Shown here in pieces: positions 9,328 to 20,323 of a DNA stretch of 64,000 bases. The notes under the pieces are model-generated. The model had not been told where the DNA came from. It saw only the letters and a list, made by a program, of their open reading frames with translations, and ran no database searches. The position numbers were made by a program, and so were the translations under genes. Origin of the DNA: Zygnema circumcarinatum SAG 698-1b (taxonomy: Eukaryota > Plantae > Zygnematophyceae); contig CM074822.1 in the NCBI GenBank assembly GCA_037447605.1, positions 85,492-149,491 on the forward strand. The letters are read 5' to 3'. Every line of letters starts with the position of its first letter. The first letter of the stretch is position 1.

Positions 9328-10549
9328 GGCCGCCTACACGCGGAGCCCCTCCCGCCCGGCGCCTTCCCCTCTCCGCCCGCGGGGGGAGGCCGCCACGTGG
9401 CAGCGCCCGTCCGCCTGGCGAGCCGCGGTATCGGCGTGATCCGGTACGGACGCAATGTATCGAAACTATTGACTGTATCGACCATATCGTGCGCGTATCA
9501 GAGCGATACTCGCGATACGCCGAAGCCAGAGCCGCCCTCCGGTCAATGCAATGCAATGCACTGCAATACTTTGGGGCATGGGGCATGGCATGTTATGGCA
9601 TGGCATGGCATGGCGGCTTGCCTGCTTTGCCTTAACATTGAATTTCCTTTTGGATTCGGCGCGCGTCGCACGCCCTCGCTGCGCGGGCCAACGCGTGGAA
9701 CTGGACGGCAAGTTGCGCGTTTGCTTCAGTGGAGGACACATCGCAACGAGGGAAGCTCCAGCAGCTGCTCGATCGGAGCAGATGCCGGGCTGCTTCTCGG
9801 ATGCATGCAAGAGAGAGACAGGCCATGGCCATCAATGGCTGGCAGCTGCTGCTTGCGGGCCATCCCGAGGTCAGTCCGTCCCTCTCCTCGCTGCTGGAAG
9901 CGGAACGTCACGTCACGTTTGAGGTTCCGGCGAGACGACGCGGGGACCCGCCTTCACTGCCGACCGGGCGGCCAGACGCGAGCGGCTGACTTGAAGCCCC
10001 GGCCGGCCCCCGCCATGCGGCCGGCCGGGCGGGCGGGCCTTGTGTCCATGCCTTCCGTGATGGCCATCATCATCATCATCATGATCATAATCATCTCGTT
10101 GCTTGCGCCCCCTGTCCCTGTCCCTCCCTCCCTCCCTCACGCCCAGCGCGCACTGCTTGGCCCCTCTGTGTCCGTCCCTGCCTGCCAGCGCTCGCTGTTC
10201 CTTCCTCGTGGGCGGGGCCTACCCGCCCGCCCGCCCGCCGGCCCGCCCCGCAGCATTGATCGAGGGGGCGGGGCGTATCGGCATCTCGCCTCGATACGAC
10301 CCGATATTCCGCCTCTGCCGGCCGTCGCTGCCGGGACGTTTGGATATGTCGAGATTTCAGATTTGTCCACGTGGTATCCCTCCATTGGCCGCCACGTATC
10401 CCTTGCGCCACGTCCGCAACGTACGGTACCGTACTGTTGTTGATCCGTACGGACAGTCCCTCCCTTCGTCCCTCTCCCTCGGCAGCAGGAGAAGCTGACC
10501 TCGGCACGGCAGGGCAGGGCAGGGCAGGGCAGGGCAGGGGCTGGCGGCC

Positions 10550-12952
10550 ATGGCCATGGCGCTGCGCACGCCCGCCTCCGCCTCCGCCTTCGCCTCCGCC
10601 TCCTGCGCGCCGAACCTCTGCCGCGCGCCCGCTACGCGCCTTCGCATGTGAGATGCGGCTTGCGCGGCCTCGAGGCCTTCGCCTTGAACTGGGCTGCTTC
10701 CTGCAAGCTGTCAACTCCTGGGGTCTCGTCAGTAGTTCGGTAGCTAGATTCTGTGTATAGTGTATGCAGGGGACGCATGGGTGTGTCGGACACTGTCTAC
10801 GCACATTCATTTATTCTTCCAGCACGCATTTGCTTTAGAAACTGCTGTCAGAAAGCCGTAATTCTTTTGTTCCAAAGGCTACTATTAATATGCATGACGA
10901 GAGCAAGCACAGTCGGATGCTTTCTTTGATCGTGAACGAAGAGATTGCTGGGACTGATGTATGCTCGCAGTCCATCTTCTTTCTTCAGTCGTCAAGGGCG
11001 TCTGCGCGCAATGCAAAAGGTAAATATTGTATGATTTTCTTGACAGGTGCATTGCTTTCTTGCGCAGACCATCGGGACAGACTTTCGTGTCGAGGGTGCA
11101 CTTTGGAAGACGCTCGTCGGCAGCGGAGCCGCAGAGGAACGCGCATTCAAGCAGCAAGAGAATAGCAGCGCGGGCAGAGGTGCAGTATTTCAATGCCGAG
11201 GAAGCAAAGAAGGCAGTCGAGGAGGATGGATACACGGTCGTAGATGTGAGAGATCAATCGCAATATGACCGAGCCCATGTCAAGGGAAGTGTGCACATAC
11301 CCCTTTTTGTGGAAAACACCGACATGGATCCAGGTACTTCCCGCCACTAAAATTGTAAATTTGAGTAGTTGAATCTTGTGTTTATTGGAAAATGTTTTGC
11401 ACAGAACGGGTCCATACCAGATCACGTCTCCTTGTTTTCGGCAGCTTGTGTTACAGCATAGGCCATTGGTTTCAGCATTTGCAGACGCGCTGAGAGAGAT
11501 TCAAACGCTTGGATCGAGGAGCCATTCTGACACGTGTTGTGGTCCTTACTGTTTTTGCTGGTGCTGTTTTGGGATTGTCCAGTAACTATGATTAAAAGAC
11601 AAGCGCACAACAACTTTACAGGAATGTTGTATGGACTCCCATTCACGAAGATGAACGAGCAGTTTGTCTCAACTGTGGAACAGAAGTTCACGAAGGACAG
11701 CAAGGTGCTGCTTGTATGCCAGGAGGGGCTGAGGTATGAATCTAGCTGCAATGGAAGTAGAAAGACGATGAAGGTCTTTTGGTCTGGAAGCTAGTAAAGA
11801 GAGTGCTTGATGAGTCTCTGTGCAGTTTTGTATTCCCTAAAAAGCAGAACTAGATTCATGTTCATTTTTGCCGCAATGTGAGAATCGTAAGAACTCCTCC
11901 ATTTGATATGCTTGCACAATGATCGTTCATCACCTGGACGAGACTCACTCCAATACAACGCGTGACACATTGCTTGGCGTCAAGGAATGGAGGAACGTGC
12001 ATTTGGGTCGTTTCTATTGCGCTGCATTCTTGTTCGGTGGACACTTGAACCACGAGTACCTGCTTATGTATTTTGGCCTTTTGTTGATTTGTAGATCTGG
12101 CACAGCTTTGGAGCAGCTCGAGGAGTTGGGCTATCAGAACGTCGCCCTGCTCACTGCGGGCCTGCAGAAAGTGCCACCAGGTCAGCGTTGCTCTCCTTGC
12201 GGGCAGTTAGGGGACGATTTTTTCAGAATCGTGTTGTGCATACTGCAGTTGATGTTGGAAGAAGTGGTGCCTTCCCTGATGGCTTGGCTGACCGTGGATT
12301 CTTTATAACTGCAGGAACTTTCCCAAGTGAGGGGGCCAGGGAGCTGAACCAAGCAGGGAAGGCTGGATTCGTCGCAATCCAGCAGCAGTTCTCATTTGTC
12401 CTTGGTGCAATAATTTTCTGTAAGTATGAGACGACCTTGCCTAATGTAAAAAATGCCCTCCCATCCCTCGCGGACGTCACACGGTCTTTGATGGGTGCAA
12501 TCAGAACTGGCGAATGTTCCATGTTGTTCTCCCCATTCAGACAGTGGTCTTCTTTTGGAGGAACTCCTTCCTTCGTTTGGACAGTTAACAAGTCTGACAC
12601 GGACGGAACAGTGTCCTTCAGACTGACAATTTTCCAAGCACATTTGACTGAATGCGTAGCATACACTTAGCAGAAGCTAGAGTCAGAAGTGTGTGAACAT
12701 GTTAGTGTCACATGATGCAGACGATAAAGTCCCTATTATCTCTTTTAATTCCCCCGTGGAAGGGTGAAAAGCCGCCATGCAAACCTTGTCGTAGAATCGA
12801 TTCATATCATACACAAATTGATGCCCAATCCTTTCATGACTTTTTCCCGGGGGCTCACTGGATTTGGGGGGCGTGATGCAGTGGCGTATCTCTACTTAGA
12901 GTTCTTCCCCGAGCAGTCGTCTCAAGTTTTGAAAGGGTTTGTGGGGCGCTGA
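10550..12952 (+). CDS. STR9: Rhodanese-like domain protein 9, chloroplast-targeted
   Basis: Ser/Ala-rich transit-like exon 1, then VQYFNAEEAKKAVEEDGYTVVDVRDQSQYDRAHVKGSVHIPLF | MIKRQAHNNFTGMLYGLPFTKMN..KDSKVLLVCQEGLR | LEELGYQNVALLTAGLQ | GTFPSEGARELNQAGKAGFVAIQ | AYLYLEFFPEQ. This matches the plant STR9 motif series as I recall it. Confidence 0.9.
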
Positions 12953-13546
12953 CGGAAGTTTGCTCCATGCGAACACAGTGGCGCTGCGCCATGCAATGCA
13001 TGCCGTGACTGCTGTTGGAGAACGACAGTTTTGCGCTAGTTTAGATTGCACAAAGGCACTTTCAAGGCGCCAGCAGCTGCGCATCACATCACGAAGGGCT
13101 CAAGGCAGGCGGCCGGCCGCGTTGAAGGCGGGGCCTGCGAGGAGCTTTTGCCGTATTTCTCCCCTCCGCAGCGCACTTCAGATATGTTGAGAATTTCATT
13201 AGTGTTGAAATTTGTTACGCAGTCCACTTCAATGCCATACGGCAGTATATGACGCTAACCCTGACCTCTTCTTACTCCATCACCTAGTGCAAACCCCAGT
13301 GGAGGGAGTGTTTCCGTGCAGTCAGCGGAGTGCAGAAGTGAGTTGCCTGCGGTATCCCGAAGCGTGTTCTTGACTGAGGATAAATAATGGTTTGTTCCCC
13401 TCCAAGTCTAGGGCTGGGCTAAAGGAAATATATCCCGGTGGCCACGCACGCCAGCATACTTTGTTGGATCGCTCATCTCACAATCCATGCTTGGTGCTGT
13501 CTCCAATTTATTTTGATAGGGTGATCATATACAATGGAAAGCACAG

Positions 13547-13596
13547 CCTGCAGACCTGCAGACCTGCAGACCTGCAGACCTGCAGACCTGCAAACC
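13547..13596. repeat. (CCTGCAGA)n 8-mer tandem repeat, about 6 units, between convergent 3' ends
   Basis: cctgcaga cctgcaga cctgcaga cctgcaga cctgcaga cctgcaaa. Confidence 0.9.
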
Positions 13597-13945
13597 TTAC
13601 CTCTAGAAGGTTTTCCCAATGCTTCCAATGGCCACGGCGGCATTGCCAAAGAAAGGGTCCTCCGCAGCATTCACGGGACAATTCCACGAAGTCCTGTTCT
13701 GCAGGAGAGGGGAGGGAAATGGAGCGGCTGGAGAGAGAGAGGTGGAAGGGGAGATAAAGAGTGGTCCGGTAGGAGAAGCGGAGATTACACCTTCAACTTT
13801 ACAACTTTTTCCTACCTGTTTGTTGAAATCAGAATGGTTCAGCGAGCTGCTCGGAAATTGGTGGTGGCATTTCATGGCTACCTTTTGAAAGGGTAGCCGC
13901 AGCTGACGGCTACCTGTTGCAAAGCACTCAGCAGCAGTTATCGCC

Positions 13946-16900
13946 CTACAAAAACTCCATCTTGATGTCAGTCACGTCCAGCTGAATGATGTCAGCTTCG
14001 CATCCAAGGAGAGAAGCCAGACTGCAATTATCCACCTCCCGCCCCCCTCATGCCATTTAGGACACAGATTGCAGCGAGCTGTACTTGAAAGGACATCCAC
14101 CAAACACAGGCCCTGCTATTTCTGCATCATGCATCAACCTCCAATGCCTCTCTCCGCATGTGAAAGGCAGCAAGACAAGAATCCATTATGTGTCCGATCA
14201 CATACTTTGGTTGGGTTCGGCCGAAGTCTCCATGAATGAACTCCTTCACGTAAGTTCCAGCCTGCAAACGATATCAAGAATCCATCCACTCCTACTTCAA
14301 ACTAGACGGCATTTGCCGAAAGTACATCAAGTCAGCTAGAATAAGTTCTCGGCATGTTGCACGTTTAAGTCAGTTTACTAGATATGATTGACCGATAAGA
14401 GCACATAGGGATACCCGATAGAGTCATCTCTAGAGTATGCGACTATCGAGTCACAGCAGCAAGCGCACTAGCCCTGCACTCACTGGAGAAGCTGAACCTC
14501 ATTCACTCTCCAACAATCCAAAGAGCCATTGTTCAGCCCCTTCACCTGAGTCGTGAGGTGCAAGACGAGGAAATGCGGGTTGCCAGGCAGCTCCTCGCAC
14601 GAAATGCTGTGCCGCCCCCCACAACCGCAAACGCTGACATCGGTTGCGCGCGAGGGGGAGGGGGGAGGGGNNNNNNNNNNGGGGAGGGGGGATGGGAGAG
14701 GGGAGTGGGAGGGGAAGGGGGAGCACCTGTGGATGATGCGTGCCCGAGTGAGCGCACTCCTGCGGTGCAGCACACGCACGGGCGTCTTCTGCTGTATCAC
14801 CTGTGCAGTTGAGCAACCCCGGACGTGGCAAAAGACCATCCCGTGAAACCTTGAAAATCTGCCTGTCTGAAACATTTGCTTAGACACATAAAGACCTTCA
14901 AGATGCATAGAAACAATATGAGAAGATTTTGGTGCCTGCTTACAGGCGTCGTTAGAAGGTGCTTCTAAAAACCACTGGTAAGTCCAGAAAAAGTTTTACT
15001 TTGAGAAGTGTTAGAGCTCACCAAATCTGCAGTGTTCTGCAGCATCGCAACGTCCGCCGAAGTGAGAGCTCGTGCGAGCCATACGAGAGCGCAATACACT
15101 TTCTGCACCGCATCATTCTTTCCTCGCCTCTGAAAGCAGCTTTGCGTCTTGCCACACGTGGCCGCAACACCCAACTCTATGAAGCATATACGCCCACAGC
15201 CCGCCCTTCCTCACCCAAACAGACATAGCGGAGTAGGTAGGCGCACCTGCTTGTCGGCCTCCCCTTCGCGCATTGTGGCTGTAGCGTCAGCCCCCACCAT
15301 CTGCAGCTTCCTCACAGCCACCTGCCATGCCATAGAAATTTCTATTTCTATATATTTTTTTTTTTTATCATCGCTGTTATCAGCCAGTCATTCACTATGG
15401 CAATTCTCAGTTCACCATATAGTTGGACAGACTACAGCTGAAAGCAGGGCCAGTGCACAGCTCACCCTGGCCGGCATGGTGCCGTTAATCCTGCCCTCCG
15501 CGGCGTGCAGAGAGGCGGGTAGCGGCACAACGCGAGCATTGAGTAGCTCCAAGAGGAAGGGCCGCCCACTGCCCAGCATGCGAACCTGCCACAATTAAGA
15601 ATTGCCCCCTCAATTAAGAATTGATCCACTGCAGCAATCTGTGCAACCGATGTCCAGAGACACCCCATGTGCTCTCCGAATTTTCCATATCCATCATAGG
15701 TGAGAATGAGTGAACCGACACAGGCAGCCTACGTGCTCTTACATCCATGTCTTCCCGTCCTGCTGCCTGAAACTTGTACCCGTCGGCCCTGAACTCCGGT
15801 ACAACCTCACTCGCTATAAGCTCCTGCAAGCCACACGACTCCCCTGTGAACCAACCAGTGAACCAACCATTGAACCCGCCAACCATTGAACCCGCCAACC
15901 ATTGAACCCAACCCACAGTGAGCAGCCCTTGCGGGAGGCAGCAGCAGGTGGTCCGGGTGAAGGGGTGTGCGGCCAAACCTGCACAGACGAGTCTCCCACG
16001 CGTTCGTCGTCCACCACCCATTGACTCTGACTCACACTGCGAGAGTACTGCCATGTGCCCCGAACGAGGAGGCGTCAGGGAACGTCAGCACAGGGAGAAG
16101 GAGAAGGAAGGAGAAGGAGAAGGAAGGAGAAGGAGAAGGAAGGAGAAGGAGAAGGAGAAGGAGAAGGAGAAGGAGAAGGAGAAGGAGAAGGAGAAGGAGA
16201 AGGAGAAGGAGAAGGAGAAGGAGAAGGAGAAGGAGAAGGAGAAGGAGAAGGAGAAGCAGAAGCAGAAGCAGAAGCAGAAGCAGAAGCAGCACGCAGACAG
16301 CCATTGGCCACATCTACAAGACGCGCAGCTGCGCGGGACATTGAGCATGCGGCGAAGGCGAAGTCTCACCTTCAGATAGCGGCCGCCTACATAGACAGAA
16401 TTTCGCCAGGTCAGCACCTGCAGATCGCAGCCGCCTGCCAGCTGGAGGCAGCCCCAGTGCCACGTCAGCTCTCTTCCCCCACCCCCCCCAGTAGGCGCCC
16501 ACAGCTGCCGCCCAGCTGACCCTTTCTCTGCTTTTTCTTCTGCTTTCTTCTGCTTCCTTTCTTTCCTTCCTTCTGCTTTCCTTGCGCGGTGAAAACGCCG
16601 ACCAAGATGGCAGCAGAGTGCACCTTCTTGGGCGGCCATGGATATTTCTGCTTGAACTCCTCTGCCTCCATGGCTGCGAGGGCCCTCTGCACCGCAGCGG
16701 CGGACTCCCTCTCCTCCGCACCCTCACCCTCCGCTTTCTCTGCCTCCCCTTCTGAGCGTCTGCCAAACTGCTGTGCAGGCCCACCTGCATGGCGACTCGA
16801 GGATCACCTCAATGTTCTCCACATCGAGGTTGTACTATGCTGAACAGCAGAAAGCGGAAGGGCCTAAATCGCAGCCACTACTGAAGACTAGGTTCATCCG

Positions 16901-18466
16901 TACTCATCCCCGAGTGCTTCTCGCCCCCAACGCAAAAGAGCAGTTCCGAATAAGCCTTGGCGTTCTTTTAAGGGAAGAAACGAAGTCCTAAGTTCACGCA
17001 TCATCCCTCTACGCTATCCCCCGTCAGCTGGGCGAATCCCTTCCCTTCCCTTGATCAGCGCACCTCTCCGCCTGCGCTTTGCAGAGCTCCCTCCCGTTGC
17101 GGGAGCGAGCTGCGAAACTTCCCCCGAAGAGGCTGCGTGGGAGAAGGAGAGCGCAATGCGGAAGTCGCTCTCAGGGTCGAACTTGGCTCCCTGATAGCCC
17201 CAAGCTTACCGCCCGCCGCTCAGCCCCTTTGCAGCAGGATGCAGCCCAGGAGCAGCTGCTCTTTGGGGAGCCATGGCTTTAGGGAGCAAGAGCACGGCCC
17301 TCATCCCATCCGAAACGGGAGAAGAGAAGCTATGGATGTATGGCAAAGCGGAGTTCTTACCAGAGCTTCCTCCAGGGGCTGCACGATTGCCCACTTGAGG
17401 GCCTCCTTTACAGACACCATGGGAGAGTTAGGTTCGCTTAACTGGCGCTGAAAAGTACTGATGGCTGGAAATTTCTCCCTTAAGTGATACCTGGCCCCAC
17501 GCAAAGCAACTGAATCCCTTGTTAAGTTCAGATTTGCAAGCAAACGGAAAACTCAACTGTCCAGGTTTAGACCCCTACATGATATATGCAGGTCACTGCC
17601 CGGCAGCTCTCCAGAGTGTCCTTTGCTCAATTCTTACTCAAGAATCACTGTTGCACAGAGGTCGCTATGGACAAGAGGGAAATGCGCTTTATGCGGCAAT
17701 CCAAGCATAGTGAAGGTCCAAAGAACCATAAGTTTTGACCGCACCAGATGGCGTGCTCCCGAACAGCAATGAGAGGTGAAAGAGTGACTTCTAAGCAGAA
17801 GCTGCTCACGGAGTGCCCGCCCCTCCTCACGGCGCCGAGCACTGCCCTCAGAGCCCCGTCCTGCGCGCCATCTCCTCGAGCCCGCCCTCCGCTCGCGTCT
17901 TCCTGCCCGTCTGAATTGCCTGCGAGTTTTGCCGCTGCACTTTGCAAAACTCCTACGCACACAATGCACACGCTCGGCGCTGCTATCGTTGTAGTGACGA
18001 CTCTGTCGGTAGTGGCCTCGTCGGTGCGGCATGGCACGCACCCAGCCTCCTCATGTTGCAGAGCTGCGCGCAACTCAGGCTGGTCCTCGGAACCTTGAGC
18101 GCTATCCTGTGCTTGAGCCGCGGAGGCCTGCTCAGTGCGAACGTGCTGCTTGGTAATGTGGCAGAGCAAAAACGCTGGGTCGGGTAGTGGCTGCGAGTAC
18201 AGCTGGGCTCGAATTCCCAGCAAACGCATAGAACAGAACACGCACACCTACACGCCCGTCCCAATCAGAGAGGAGTGTGAATACGACATGGATGAGTGCA
18301 GTAACGATTACAGAATGGGTCACAGCCACACGGCGGGCGGCAGAGGCAAACCGTCGCGCACCTCGCCAGCGAGCAGGTGCGCGAGCGCGGGCAGCCCCGC
18401 CCCACCCTGCGCGCGCACCGCCTCCGCCACCCTCTCCGCCGCCTCCTCCTCCGCAGCACCGGCCAT
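13946..18466 (-). CDS. PUS10: tRNA pseudouridine synthase Pus10 (multi-exon)
   Basis: VCVFCSMRLLG; VYVGGRYLK; QSQWVVDDERVGDSSVQ; YKFQAAGREDMDVR with the catalytic D; MLGSGRPFLLELLNAR; IQQKTPVRVLHRRS; FLVLHLTTQ; LGCEADIIQLDVTDIKMEFL-stop at 13946. Confidence 0.92.
14671..14680. other. Assembly gap (10 N) inside a G-rich intronic tract
   Basis: nnnnnnnnnn flanked by GGGGGA-type repeats. Confidence 0.99.
16093..16288. repeat. (GAGAAG)n / (CAGAAG)n microsatellite in a PUS10 intron
   Basis: Direct sequence; accounts for the EK, poly-R, poly-L and SP ORFs. Confidence 0.97.
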
Positions 18467-18529
18467 GGCGGCCCCCGCGCAGTCTCGCGCCACTCTGGGC
18501 CTGGGTCTGCGCAGGGCACTCGCATGGGC

Positions 18530-18925
18530 CATGCATGGCATGGCATGGGGCATGGGATGGCATGGGGGAGGGCATGGGATGGCATGGGATGGCATGGGGG
18601 AGGGCATGGGATGGCATGGGGGAGGGCATGGGAGGGAGGGCATGGGATGGCATGGGGGAGGGCATGGGATGGCATGGGGGAGGGCATGGGATGGCATGGG
18701 GGAGGGCATGGGATGGCATGGGGGAGGGCATGGGATGGCATGGGGGAGGGCATGGGATGGCATGGGGGAGGGCATGGGGCATGGCATGGGGCATGGGATG
18801 GCATGGGGGGATGGCATGGGGCATGGGATGGCATGGGGGATGGCATGGGGCATGGCATGGGGGATGGCATGGGGCATGGCATGGGGCATGGCATGGCATG
18901 GGGCATGGCATGGCATGGTATGGCA
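18530..18925. repeat. CATGG-based minisatellite with a 22-bp higher-order unit (GGCATGGGATGGCATGGGGGAG) in the PUS10/PIRL divergent interval
   Basis: The 22-nt unit repeats at about 18600-18775 and gives a 22-aa period in the ORFs; it is flanked by 5-mer GCATG/GGATG units. Confidence 0.95.
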
Positions 18926-20323
18926 TGCTCCCGTACGGACTAGGGCGTGTCAAAACTTCGTCATTTCACTCCATGAGCTATTAAAAATCAATACCTTATA
19001 TCTTTACCGTTTGGCGCTTTTCATGATATGCGTGTACGACTTCTTGTCTCCGCTCGACGGAATCCAACGAAGGGTGACGCGCCGCAGCCGGGCCGCCCTG
19101 CAGTGTCCGTATGGTACGGCAGGGGTGAAGATGGCGCCGCCACCCACGTGGCGCCACGTGGAATTTCCCGCCGCCGCGTCGCCGGCAGGCCGGGCCTTAA
19201 CGCCTTCCGTACTGTCGTGTACGCCAAGCCGTCCAAGAATTGTACAAAACGGTACGGCATCGCGGCCGCGGCACGCCGGCGCCTCGCGGGCCCGACCGCG
19301 CGGCGCGCGGTTTGGAAGGGCCCCGTGGTCGCGCGGTTTGGGGGCGGGAGGGAGGGAGGGAGAGGGAGGGGGTGGGAGAGGGGAGAGGGAGAGGGAGAGG
19401 GAGAGGGAGAGGGAGAGGAAGTGGGAGAGGGAGAGGGAGGAGTCCTCGGACTGAGCGCTGCTGCAGGGGAGGCAGTCCCGGACGGCGCTTCAGAGAGAAG
19501 GTGGGTCTCTCTCGGCAGCCTCCTGCGCGGGAAAGGGAGGGGGGGCGCCTCCCGCAGCTCTTCGTCCCGCGCTGCATTTGCCGCTTGTGACCGCTCCCTT
19601 CGCTGCTGTCTCTGTGGTCCTGTCGCTCTCGCTCCGTCCTTCGCTCCTGCTCGCCCTCACGCACTCTTTGCTCAGAAGACTTCCTTTTTTTCTTCTTGTT
19701 TATTCGCTCGTCCTGTAGCCCTTTCTATCCTAGTCCTTAACCAGAGAGCTGTCTATAGGTCTTTGGTCCAGTGAAGCTGCAGTATGGTTCTTCATCAAGC
19801 ATTCCCCACTTTTTTTGCTGTTTTTTTGCTCCTATTGTCCGCTGAAAACTGTTTCATTCTTCCCAGAAAGCTTAGACATTATGCTCAAATTGTGCTGTTT
19901 CAGTTTTTTGTTGCAACTGGTATGCATTTTTCCCATTAAAATATGCGCGGGTCTCGTGGTTTTAATGTTTAATGCCACTCACAGGAAAACAGCATTCAGG
20001 TCAAACCATTGAGAAACCTCGAGAGGCATGGGATATATTCAAGTAGAGGGCATAGCTCGCCCGTACTTCTGTGTTGCTTTAGCGACTTAGTAAATGCTGA
20101 TAAATCATGCAACAGCTATACTTTATTGCTGGAGGGTGCATATGTAATGAAAGCTTGCTTTTTTGGGCATTTTTAGATGCAGATTCCTCTTTCCCTCGTT
20201 CCCGTCTCTCCGGTGTTAAGCACGGGGCTTTCTGCTTCTACTTAACTGACAAGCGCCTTCTATGGTCCATTTTCCTGCGCAGACTAAAGAAGACTTGGCT
20301 CGCGCCTGGTAGCAGAAACCGCC

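Noticed and set aside
8884-10443. 519-aa plus-strand ORF
   Set aside because: It is antisense to cyclin T exons 1-2 and runs across a GC-rich promoter, with no recognisable domain. It is a by-product of low stop-codon frequency.
15593-15625. Small local duplications (CAATTAAGAATTG twice; also 15845-15912 and 38605-38638)
   Set aside because: Ordinary intronic slippage duplications with no spacer structure; not CRISPR-like.
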